Assembly: GCA_964581465.1 (NCBI GenBank)
Contig: CAZOOP010000004.1
Location: 7,459-71,458 of the forward strand
Source: an uncultured bacterium
GTDB taxonomy: Bacteria; RBG-13-66-14
Length of the DNA stretch: 64,000 nt
Reading direction: 5' to 3'
Position 1 is the stretch's first letter. Each line of letters starts with the position of its first letter. This document shows positions 38,728 through 48,052 of this stretch, piece after piece. Position numbers and translations under genes: made by a program. The notes below the pieces were generated by a model. The model saw only the letters and a program-made list of their open reading frames with translations. It searched no databases and was not told the DNA's origin.

Positions 38728-39814
38728 TTGTCAATCACCCCTCGAACCGCCGACGGGGCCGGTAGGCCCAACCGGGCGGCGGATCGGTTCAATTGTAAAC
38801 GCCAGCGGACGCGCCGCTTGAGAACGGCGAATCCGGGGCTCTTATAGTCAGTTACGCTGGAGGGTTCCGCGGCGTTTCAACGGCCGGGCGGCCGCCATTG
38901 CGCGGGGAGGGCGAGGTGATCGAGGCGGGCTTGGCGCGGATTGCGGATGTACGGCTAAGCGCGACTATCGAGTACTCTTACTGGGCGGTTGACCGGTTAT
39001 TCCGTGCTGGAAACGGGGCTTCGGGCAAACCGGGTTTTCTCTGATAGGGTCCTTGTTTGTCACAGTCCGGGTATATGATTGCCTCGTCTGCGGACTGATC
39101 GTCAAGGCTCAGAAAGGTGCTGATCGATACTTACCCTTGAGATCCGCCTGATAATAATCGCCGATGCCCAAATAAAACCGGGCGACGCCTTAGCCGGGTT
39201 AGTGGGGTCGGGGCATCCGGTGGCAAGAAACAACAGAGAAATGGTGTTCGCAAAGCATCATATGGTCGCCCCGAAGGCGTTGAGTTGTCGCTTCTCGACT
39301 TGACGATACGCCTGGCCGTATTTTGGGGCCGTTTGCGGTTACACCACGATTCGCGTAATCGTCGAGTCGGATCCGGCCGCAAGCCTGTTTCACGCGGTTG
39401 GGCCGCGCCCCACCGAGGTATGATCACCCTTCATCTCGCCGCCGCAATGCAAGGCTCGGTGCGGCATCTGTTTGGTCGGTATCGACTCCGCCGACCGAAC
39501 CGCAGCGGGGTGAACCCGGTGCTGTTCGAGGGCGCCCCGGATTGCAACATTGAGAAATGTACTACCTCACAGCGTGCATACGGTAGCATAAAAAGGGGTC
39601 GCAAGCAAGGTGTTTTTGCTCTATCGGCTTTATTCACAAGCTGTTGCGATAATGTTGAGTTTGTGGGTGTAAAATCCGGTCTCGGACCTATGTCAATTAT
39701 TGTATTCTATATTTGCCTGTGGTACGATTAATATAAATTGCATTCGGATAGGTGCATTATTCTTTCAGGATTGCATTTATTATTGTGCATAATATATTGC
39801 AGTGGGGGTTTGCC

Positions 39815-40459
39815 TTGATCAAGGCCGTCATCTTCGACATGGACGGGGTCATTGTCGATTCCGAGCCGCTTCAGTACGAAGCCTACAACGAGGTTTTCAC
39901 CGCCCACGGGGCCGCCATTACCAAGCGCGAGTTTATCGAGCTTTGGGTCGGGCGGGGTAGCAAGCTCCACGAGCACATCGCCAGGCACGGTCTCGGTGTT
40001 GGTTTGGAGGAGGTTCGGCTCTCAAAGAAAATGATCTACGATAGGTTGGTGCGGGAAAAGATGCAGCTGCGCTCCGGTGTGCTGGGGCTGATCAAGCGGT
40101 TGAGCCGTGAAATGAAAACGGCCCTGGCCTCCAGCGCCCATCCCGATTCCGTCGAGGTCGTGCTGGAACGCTTCGATCTGCGCGGGCTCTTCGATGTCAT
40201 CCTCACCGGCGGCGATGTCGAGCATAACAAACCCCACCCCGAGATCTACCTTAAGGCCGCCGAGCGGTTGAAGGTCAAACCCGCCGAATGCCTGGTTTTC
40301 GAAGATTCGGCCTCGGGGATCGCCGCGGCCAAGGACGCCGGGATGCGCGTGATAGCCCTGCCCCACGAGTATACGATCTCCCAGGACCTCTCCCGGGCCG
40401 ATCTGATCATCACCGATCTGCGCAACCTGCGGCTGCGGCTGAAGATCAACCGCGGCTGA
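39815..40459 (+). CDS. HAD-superfamily hydrolase, subfamily IA (beta-phosphoglucomutase-like)
   Basis: Motif I is IKAVIFDMDGVIVDSE. Later motifs are HNKPHPEIY and VFEDSASGIAAAKDAGM. TTG 39815 is preferred over GTG 39752. Confidence 0.85.
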   Translation: MIKAVIFDMDGVIVDSEPLQYEAYNEVFTAHGAAITKREFIELWVGRGSKLHEHIARHGLGVGLEEVRLSKKMIYDRLVREKMQLRSGVLGLIKRLSREMKTALASSAHPDSVEVVLERFDLRGLFDVILTGGDVEHNKPHPEIYLKAAERLKVKPAECLVFEDSASGIAAAKDAGMRVIALPHEYTISQDLSRADLIITDLRNLRLRLKINRG

Positions 40460-40661
40460 GGCGGCTGAATATCCGGACGCGACGGCGTAGCAGTGCGCTG
40501 AGGTTGATAGTTAGGGGGGTAAAAGCTATCGATTGGGCATTAGTCAAACTCAAAAGGTATCCCTGTGATGCCCAATGGAAACGAGCAACCGGTTCGGACC
40601 GGCTGCTCGTTTTGGAATCTCGAAGCCTAAAGTGTAGGTTGTATGGCGGCAAGGGGCGTAC

Positions 40662-41552
40662 TCAGCCGATTTTGATGTCCAGCTTGCGCAGGATCATCGC
40701 CAGGCCGAAGGCGACGACGCCCAGCAGGCCAGCGATGCCGGCGATGATCATGAAGATCCTCGGCAGGCCTACGGCCAAAAAGCCCAGACCGGTGAGGACG
40801 CCGACGGCGCTGACTCCCAGGAAGGCGGCGTAGGTCAGCAGGGAGTAGCAGGCCACCCGGAAGCTGATCTTCTCAAGGGGGTCGGCTTCGAAGTAGACGC
40901 TGTGGCGCTTGAGCATCAGCGCGACGAACACCTGGGTGGCGGCGATGAGCAGACAGAACACGGCCCAGATGAAGCGGCCTTCGATGAGGTGGCTGAGCAG
41001 CATCAGTACGCCGCCCAATCCCACACCGATGGTGATGAGGCTGATCCCCTGACCCGGGAACTCGGCCTCGAGCTGTTCGTTCTTGTTGCGCGCCATGAAG
41101 AAGGCTCCCGCGGCGATCAACACGGCCAGCACCGGCGGGGCGATGCCGTAGCTCATGGCCCGACCGGCCAGGCCGGCGGCGTATCCCAGAAGGTCGCCGA
41201 AGGATAGACCGGCGCCGCCGAGATAGGAGGCGCTGAACAGAGCCTCGCGGCCGAAGTTGAAGAAGGTGATGAATCCGGCGCCGACCAGGGCCGCCAGCAC
41301 CGTCAGGCGCAGCCAGGTCAGCGAGCCGAGCTTTTCATCAACAACGATGTCCCGCACGGTCGGCGGGGTTTTCCCGTCGGCTTCGGGGGCCATCGATTCG
41401 GGCGGGGCTTCTCCGGGAACGCCGGTTTCGGGCATCGGCGGGGCGGGTTTGGGCTCGGGACCGTCGGGCGTCTGCTCATCGAGCTTGCGCCCGCAACTCA
41501 GGCAGAACTTGGCGTCGTCGGGCAGCTCCCTGCCGCACTGTGGACAGAACAT
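40662..41552 (-). CDS. Zinc-ribbon domain membrane protein
   Basis: N-terminus MFCPQCGRELPDDAKFCLSCGRKL, then a Pro-rich linker and about 6 TM segments. Confidence 0.75.
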   Translation of the reverse strand: MFCPQCGRELPDDAKFCLSCGRKLDEQTPDGPEPKPAPPMPETGVPGEAPPESMAPEADGKTPPTVRDIVVDEKLGSLTWLRLTVLAALVGAGFITFFNFGREALFSASYLGGAGLSFGDLLGYAAGLAGRAMSYGIAPPVLAVLIAAGAFFMARNKNEQLEAEFPGQGISLITIGVGLGGVLMLLSHLIEGRFIWAVFCLLIAATQVFVALMLKRHSVYFEADPLEKISFRVACYSLLTYAAFLGVSAVGVLTGLGFLAVGLPRIFMIIAGIAGLLGVVAFGLAMILRKLDIKIG

Positions 41553-41880
41553 GGTTGCACGCTCCAAAGGCGTTGAAGACAAGGTGTTTGGGCAGAGGTC
41601 GCTCCAACTATGATAAGACCCTGCCGTGGTCGGCTCGGTTTCATCATACAGCGGGGAATCCGTGGATTCAACAGGTCATTCCGACCGGCGGTCGCTGGTT
41701 GTCTTTCATTCAGCCGGGCGGCGAGGATTTTTCAATCATGCCGGGATGCGACTTATTACCTGAACTTCCCTATAAACTCCATCAACATTCCGACTTGAAA
41801 AGCGGCTGGTTGTGGTGTTGAAGTGAATCAGGCGATCAACGCCGCTCTTTCATCGACGAGTGGTGCCTCCAAATAGTTTT

Positions 41881-42516
41881 GGATTATCACTCGTGTCTGG
41901 ATCAGATTAGATCGCTGATCGATTGTCAACAAATGCTTTGGCATCAGGGAACGTGTTCGGACCAAATCAGGCTGATTGGGAGGGGCTTGCCGGGCCGTTA
42001 TGCGCTACCCGGAAATGTCGAGATCCGCTACAGATTACGCTTGGCATCACACACGATCCCGGACCAGCCAACACAACTTCGAAACACCGATACACCTCGA
42101 AAAGCCGCTACAAGGCTATGCCGAATGATGCTTGGCCCGCAAACTTAAACCCTCACCGCCTTCGGTATATATGCTTGTTAATAGGACGCTTAGGGTCGAT
42201 ACTGCCTCGTCGAGACCAAGGACGTCAAGCAGTTGGTTTTAGTACGTCGTGACGTCACTACGGGCATCCTGGGAATGCGGGAATCCACGTACCTGCCACA
42301 AGCAGCTCGCTCGATGTGCGCATCTGATTGCCTGCCGGCTGCACGTATCAGAACGTTATCCAGTAACACCATGGTCCCTGACGGTTAAGTGATCCCTTAA
42401 GCTATTGTTAGTCGCCACTTTATAACCGCCCGTTTTGGGACAAGTATCTGATGTTCATCACGTCGATTATCAGCAGATTACAATCACGATCCGGTCCGGA
42501 CGGGGTATTCGATCCC
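41881..42516 (-). mobile_element. Repeat family B copy, reverse orientation, interrupted by a nested MITE
   Basis: Starts GGATTATCACTCG and ends GGTATTCGATCCC. It contains the family B blocks in reverse complement, split by the 354-bp element. Confidence 0.6.
42043..42396. mobile_element. 354-bp MITE (copy P) with GG(G/C)ATCAC / GTGATCCC terminal inverted repeats
   Basis: Alignable end to end with 61729-62084. Flanking 8-mers are TTACGCTT / TTAAGCTA. Confidence 0.7.
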
Positions 42517-42521
42517 ATGAT

Positions 42522-42624
<103 letters not shown>

Positions 42625-42775
42625 ACGCTGCGTCGCCGCGTTCACGGTGACGGGCTGGCATTATAGCAGAGTGACCCGGCGCCGACAAGGTCTTTTTGTC
42701 TGCAGCGACTTCACCCTGCCGTGTAGGAGGGGCTATCCCCTGGCCAGGGCAGGGAATCCTCACTTTTTGGTCCTT

Positions 42776-42804
42776 AACAAAACCGGGGCCGACAGGCCCC
42801 GGTT
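42776..42804 (-). terminator. Intrinsic terminator after the micro-ORF pair
   Basis: Minus strand reads AACCGGGGCCTGTCGGCCCCGGTT followed by TTGTT. Confidence 0.7.
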
Positions 42805-42828
42805 GGTGTTTACCGTTGCGCCCCGTGG

Positions 42829-42933
42829 TTACTGGGGCTGGTTGTGTTCCCGGCCGTCGTCGCGGCTGAGTTCGCGCAGCAGGCCTTCGAGTTCTACCTG
42901 ACGGACTAGGGAGAGTTCGTCGTAGCTGTACAT
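42829..42933 (-). CDS. Micro-ORF sD, 34 aa, acidic ([34 protein letters not shown])
   Basis: GAAGGAGG lies 5 nt before the ATG. A terminator follows directly. Not in the track because it is under 60 aa. Confidence 0.5.
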   Translation of the reverse strand: MYSYDELSLVRQVELEGLLRELSRDDGREHNQPQ

Positions 42934-42981
42934 CCTGACCTCCTTCGTACCGCTATCTCCTCAGTGGAGGAGTAATCTTCG

Positions 42982-43059
42982 TTAGTTCTGTCGGGGGACG
43001 CGCAGCCCGTAGAGGCCGAGGGTCCGCAGATGGTTCTTGCGTTCGTTGAGCTTGAGCAT
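42982..43059 (-). CDS. Micro-ORF sC, 25 aa, basic (MLKLNERKNHLRTLGLYGLRVPRQN)
   Basis: AAAGGAGG lies 5 nt before the ATG. It sits 48 nt upstream of sD. Confidence 0.45.
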   Translation of the reverse strand: MLKLNERKNHLRTLGLYGLRVPRQN

Positions 43060-43694
43060 GACGACCTCCTTTCTGTTGTCGGCGCCGCCTGGGCGGCATG
43101 GTGGGGCGGATTAACACGGCTGAGAGCAGTCGGGCTCGTTGTGGTTTCGGGGTTGTCTTGCCCGCCCCTTACATATCTATAAGATACACGCATTTTCCCC
43201 GGGTTTCAGTTCCCGGTTTCTTTTTTTCGTTGTTTTCTCCAACCGGGCCGGTTGACGGTTTCCTCCCCTTGCCCTCTTGGAAGTCAGACACGGCGGCTGC
43301 AGAAGGGGGCTTTGATGCTTGGTCTTTCCGTTCCTTAGGGACCCGGTGTGCATGGTGGCGGTCATTGCTGGAGCGCCAGAGGTCCTTGGGGTTTTCTTAG
43401 TGCCACAGAGAGCGGTGGATGCTTTGCAGCTAAGGACCCTTGCGGTGACCGAACGTCAATCAGTCCGGCAAAGCAGTGGTGGGAGGAGTTGATATATGTC
43501 ATTGATCTGAAAGCGGTATGCTGTGGCGTACTCTCCACCGGTTTTCTTGGCACATTGTGATTGCCTGGAAGGCTCCAATGTCATCAGCGACTAACGAATA
43601 CCCCGTACGAAGCGGGAAGGAGTCCGGCGGCTTGGTTTGCTCCGTCCGGTGGGGTTCCTGGCTCCACCGGACGGCTGTTCTTTCATTCACGTTT

Positions 43695-44549
43695 CTACCC
43701 CGAGCGCTTGAGCTTGCCCGTGCGTTTGGCGTGGCGCTCGGCCAGGCCGAAGACCCACAGGCCCAGGGGGATCAGCACCACGCCCATCCCCAACAGGATC
43801 AGGATCTCGGGCCAGAGCTCGTTCAGACCGGCGCCCTCGAGCAGGGCCGCCCGGCTGGCGCGCAGGGTGTAGGTGGCCGGACTGACGTAGGACAGCGGCC
43901 GCAGCCAGGCCGGCAGGACGTCGATCTCGTAGTAGACCCCGGAGACCAACAGGATGATCGCCTGGATGATGTGCGTCGCCTGGGCTCCCTTCTCGGGGCT
44001 GATCAGCGGCAGCACGGCGGCGATGATCCCCAGCCCCATGAAGGCGAAGCTGGAGGAGGCCAGCACGACCATGAAGGCGCCGATGTTGGCCCCGGCCAGG
44101 GAGAGGTCGAAGAAGAGCACCACGGCTCCCAGGACGATGGCCGTGCGTAGCAGGCCGTAGAGGGCGGCGAAGAAGCAGGTGCCGCCAAGCCGGGTCAGCC
44201 GGCTCACCGGAGCCATGAAGGTGTACTCGATGGTCCCTTCCCAGCGTTCCCAGGCCACATCCTCGCTGACCACCTCGAAGAGCACCGAGAGGTAGCTCCA
44301 GAGCAGGGCGCCGACCACCAGGTAGAGCACCCGCTCCGGTCCGGCGTGACCCACGGCGATCAGGCCGATCGTCAGGGTGTTGACGATGGTGTAGGCCAGG
44401 AAGACGATCTCCCAGTTGATGTAGCGTTTGACGAGGTTGAAATTGCGCTCGACGAAGGCGTAGGAGGCCTTGGCCTCCCGCGCGAAGCTGTTGATGATGC
44501 GTGGACGCCGGCGGGGTCTTTCCAGCGTCGGGGTTTGCTTTTCGGACAT
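43695..44549 (-). CDS. ABC-2 type transporter permease
   Basis: Six TM segments, ABC-2 layout, downstream of the ATPase. Confidence 0.85.
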   Translation of the reverse strand: MSEKQTPTLERPRRRPRIINSFAREAKASYAFVERNFNLVKRYINWEIVFLAYTIVNTLTIGLIAVGHAGPERVLYLVVGALLWSYLSVLFEVVSEDVAWERWEGTIEYTFMAPVSRLTRLGGTCFFAALYGLLRTAIVLGAVVLFFDLSLAGANIGAFMVVLASSSFAFMGLGIIAAVLPLISPEKGAQATHIIQAIILLVSGVYYEIDVLPAWLRPLSYVSPATYTLRASRAALLEGAGLNELWPEILILLGMGVVLIPLGLWVFGLAERHAKRTGKLKRSG

Positions 44550-44642
44550 GGTGTCACCCCGTTTCGGGTTGAAAGGATTCGGCGCGCCGGCTCACCGGTG
44601 GCGGCCGGCGCGTTGGTGTTGTTGGTGGTTTATGGTTGGTTG

Positions 44643-45458
44643 CTATTCCTCCTCGGGTCGCCAGCCACGGCCGGCCACCTCGAGGAAGACCCGTTCCAGG
44701 GTCGGCAGGCTGCCGTTGGTGCGGTAGCGCTCCTTGAGTTCGGCGGCGGTGCCGGTCTCCAGGATGCGCCCGTCGTCCATGATGGCCAGCCGGTCGCAGA
44801 TGCGTTCGATCTCTTCCATGTCGTGGCTGGTCAACAGCACCGTGGCGTCGTGATCGCGACGCAGGCGTCGGACGAAGGCCTGCACCTGGAGCTTGCTCTT
44901 GGGGTCCAGCCCCGTGGTGGGCTCGTCGAGGAGCAGCAGAACGGGCGAGGTCAGCAGGGCGCGGGCGATGGCCACCTTCTGTTGCTGGCCCCGGGAGAGC
45001 TCCTGCATCGGCTCGTAGATCTTTTCCTCGGGAAAGTCCAGGCCCGTCAGGATGCGCTGGGCCTCCACCTTCACCGTGGACCGCCGGCCGCCGTAGAGCC
45101 GGGCGGCGTAGATCAGGTTCTCGTAGGGTGAGAGTTTCTTGAAGAAGGCCGCGTCGACGCTGACCCGGTTGATCAGCCGCTTCACCCGGGGGGCGTCGTC
45201 GATGACATCGATGCCGAAGACCTCCATCCTTCCTGCATCGGGGAACAGCAGGGTCGACAGGCAGCGCACCAAGGTGCTCTTGCCCGAGCCGTTGGGTCCG
45301 ATGATGCCGAAGATCTCGCCGCGACGAATCTCCAGACTGATCGAGTCCAGGGCGGTGATGGTCTTCTTGCCGCCGTTGGAGCGCCTGCGGGCGTTGGTTT
45401 TTCGGAACTGTTTCGCCAGGCCGGTGCATCGAACGGCGTATTCACTGTCGAGCTTCAT
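44643..45458 (-). CDS. ABC transporter ATP-binding protein (DrrA-like)
   Basis: Walker A GPNGSGKST, signature LSRGQQQKV, Walker B LLLLDEPTTGLD, H-loop TSHDM. Confidence 0.92.
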   Translation of the reverse strand: MKLDSEYAVRCTGLAKQFRKTNARRRSNGGKKTITALDSISLEIRRGEIFGIIGPNGSGKSTLVRCLSTLLFPDAGRMEVFGIDVIDDAPRVKRLINRVSVDAAFFKKLSPYENLIYAARLYGGRRSTVKVEAQRILTGLDFPEEKIYEPMQELSRGQQQKVAIARALLTSPVLLLLDEPTTGLDPKSKLQVQAFVRRLRRDHDATVLLTSHDMEEIERICDRLAIMDDGRILETGTAAELKERYRTNGSLPTLERVFLEVAGRGWRPEEE

Positions 45459-45530
45459 GGTTGCTCCTTGTCGGAGGGCTCGTCGCCGCTCCGGTTGTCG
45501 ATTCCCGCTCCCCGGCCGGGCGTCGTCGGT

Positions 45531-45668
45531 TTAGACAGCGCCTGGTCGGGGAAGGGTGGATTGGCTGGGTCGTCGGGGGCGCCGGATGACCAGGGCGCTT
45601 TCCCGGGGTCGGTTGATCAGACGCAGGCGCAGGTTGCGCTTGTCGTTGCGGATGACCCGTTTCATCAT
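45531..45668 (-). CDS. Micro-ORF sB, 45 aa, very basic (MMKRVIRNDKRNLRLRLINRPRESALVIRRPRRPSQSTLPRPGAV)
   Basis: GGAAGGAGG lies immediately upstream of the tandem ATGs. It sits between the GNAT and ATPase genes. Third-position GC is high in the first ~20 codons. Confidence 0.45.
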   Translation of the reverse strand: MMKRVIRNDKRNLRLRLINRPRESALVIRRPRRPSQSTLPRPGAV

Positions 45669-45730
45669 TCCTCCTTCCGGGTTGTTGCTTGGGTCGGTGT
45701 GGCTATAACGAAATCGTGGCTCGGTGGAAG

Positions 45731-46696
45731 TCAGATACCCAAACCCGCGAAGTCTTCGTTCCCCAGGCCGTAGAACAGCCAGGGCGGCCGGGGCTCGAAG
45801 CCCAGCTTGCGGTTGATGCTCAGGATGCCGTCGTTGCCCTGGGTGTTGACGGTGTAGATGGCGGTGACGCCGTTGGCCTTGGCCCAGTCGACGCTCAGGT
45901 ACTTCAGCGCCGTGGCTACGCTCCGGCCCCGGTATTCCCGCCGGGTGCCGGTGCAGTCTATCTCCGCCGGGGCCTGACGCCCGCCCTTGAAGGACAGCTC
46001 GGTCAGACCGATGAACTCGTCGCCGTCCAGGGCCACCAGGGTGGTGTCGATGTCCCGGGCCGGGCTTTGGGTCATCCGACGCCATTCCTTAAAACTGCGC
46101 CGTTGGTACTCGAGGCTGCCCGGCATATCCTCGCAGGATTCCTCGGTCAGCTCCCAGAGCCTGCGCTCTTTCTCGGGATCATTTATCCCGCCGTAGGTTT
46201 TCGTAATGAAGCCCTGGCTTCGAAAGCGCTCGAGCACCCGCTCGTAGTCCGCGGGCCGCTGGTAGTCTTCCAGTTCGAGGCGCGAGGTCAGCTCGGTGTC
46301 GTCGAGGGTGAAGCCCAGCCGCTCCAGCCAGTCCACCGCCACGCTGTTGTCGGCGAGGGCGCCGCCGAGGAGCCGCGTCCACCTCAGCCGGGCCAGTTGC
46401 TCGCTGGCGGCCTCCCAGAGTTGACCGGCGTACCCCTTCGAGCGGTGGTCCGGGTCGACGAGGATGTCCAGGATGAAGACGCCGGGGTCGGCGCACCAAC
46501 TGCATGAGTCGAGGTCGGCCTCGGCGACGATCCGTCCGTCGATCTCGCCGACGAGGTGATGACGGTAGTTCACGGCGGGGCGGCGGCGGTCCCAGTGGTC
46601 CAGCACCTCCGCGGTCCGCGGGTAGTCGGGCAGGCAGCGGTTGACAAGCCGGGTGCGCGTCGCGAGGTCCGTGAAATGATAATGTCGTATCTGCAT
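45731..46696 (-). CDS. Tandem-GNAT acetyltransferase (two GNAT domains)
   Basis: Two motif-A regions, VDPDHRSKGYAGQLWEAA and TRREYRGRSVATALKY. Confidence 0.85.
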   Translation of the reverse strand: MQIRHYHFTDLATRTRLVNRCLPDYPRTAEVLDHWDRRRPAVNYRHHLVGEIDGRIVAEADLDSCSWCADPGVFILDILVDPDHRSKGYAGQLWEAASEQLARLRWTRLLGGALADNSVAVDWLERLGFTLDDTELTSRLELEDYQRPADYERVLERFRSQGFITKTYGGINDPEKERRLWELTEESCEDMPGSLEYQRRSFKEWRRMTQSPARDIDTTLVALDGDEFIGLTELSFKGGRQAPAEIDCTGTRREYRGRSVATALKYLSVDWAKANGVTAIYTVNTQGNDGILSINRKLGFEPRPPWLFYGLGNEDFAGLGI

Positions 46697-46770
46697 CTTA
46701 ACTCCCGGGATGATCCGCTGAAGCGGTGGTTGTTAGTTCGTCCCGGCGACGGGAGATGAGAACCGACGAT

Positions 46771-46808
46771 GAAAAAACCGCCGCCGAGTTTTTCACTCGA
46801 CGGCGGCT
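46771..46808 (-). terminator. Strong intrinsic terminator
   Basis: Minus strand reads GCCGCCGTCGAGTGAAAAACTCGGCGGCGG followed by TTTTTT. Confidence 0.8.
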
Positions 46809-46830
46809 TGGTATTCATAGCCTTAGTATT

Positions 46831-46953
46831 CTAAGGTCCACTTCGCCGTCGAGGTACTGTGAGGGTGATGAAGTCACCGCCGAGGGGCGCGTTGAGACGC
46901 ACCCAGACACCGGCGCAGGCGTCGACGTACGGCCGGCGGGCCGCAGCGTTCAT
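46831..46953 (-). CDS. Micro-ORF sA, 40 aa (MNAAARRPYVDACAGVWVRLNAPLGGDFITLTVPRRRSGP)
   Basis: ACGGAGG lies 4 nt before the ATG. The first ~30 codons are GC3-rich. Its own terminator is at 46771-46808. Confidence 0.45.
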   Translation of the reverse strand: MNAAARRPYVDACAGVWVRLNAPLGGDFITLTVPRRRSGP

Positions 46954-46999
46954 CACGCCTCCGTGGCTGTCGCGATAACGATTCACTCCTACCTCGTTC

Positions 47000-47950
47000 G
47001 GCTGCCGGGGTAAAAAACACGGCATTTTAGTGTAGAATAATGGCGCTTGCTTCTTTTCCCATGTAACTGGAATAGGAATATAGTCTCCGCCGGGTGGGCT
47101 GTCAAGAACTTTTTACACGGCTACACACCTTTCTTGATGACCCGGGGGATAACATTCATAATTCGAGCGGATCCTAGCGGGCCGGATAGAAAGGCATACT
47201 TTTATTGAGCCAATATAGTATATAAAATCATTTATAATTGTATTATCATCCGAAACAAAACCAAAAATTCAAGACAATGAGCGGCAGTTAAAGCGGAAGT
47301 GCTAACGACTGCCTCACAAATACTCTAACTCGATAAAAAAAGTTGTCTTATCTGAAAAGGATTCTAATTATAAGCATGTAGCCTCCTTAAGCTCTGAATC
47401 CCGAGTTGTGTCAGCAGTCAAGTCTACTTGAAGCTCAGTGTCCTCTTCGAGCGAGTCTGGTTTTCTGAAACCAGGTAACACTCGGACAAAGACAGCTTGC
47501 ACAGCTAAAAGGCACGCAACAACAAACCATTAGCGATACATGCCTTTTCATGAACGTGTGATAATCTCTAACAATATGTATATCAGCCTATAGATCGAGG
47601 TAGATGTAAAACTATCGAGACGGCTTTATTAAGTAAGGATTTTATTGTTAACAAAAACACTTTATCATGACCAATTATCATTAGGAAAAAATGACAATAA
47701 TGCTATAGTTCTGGCTAATCGCCATACTTTTAATGGTCGATTGTGCGTAAAAGCCTTGACTTGCTATGGTGTTGCTAAAGGCTGTCGTTATTGACCTATG
47801 GTTCGATAGCCAGTATGGTTAAATTACACTGTATACTATTGCATACTTATCAGCTATAACAACCGCTTGCCTTATTGAGTTGAAGCATGGAAATGAGATG
47901 TGCAATATCGCTCTCATTGCTGTGAGATTATCAACGGGCAAGCCGGCGGA
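47000..47950. other. AT-rich ORF-free island
   Basis: No ORF of 60 aa or more in any frame between 47025 and 47819. The base composition is far more AT-rich than the flanks. A possible sigma-70 promoter, TTGACC-17-TATGGT near 47795-47825, faces tadA. Confidence 0.6.
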
Positions 47951-48052
47951 ACCTCTAACCAACTCCAATCTCGTCATCCACAGCTTTTCAGATTCCCTGG
48001 GAAAGAGTCCCCCACCTTGCCTCTCAGCGTCCGCTGGGCTAGAATCTTTCCC

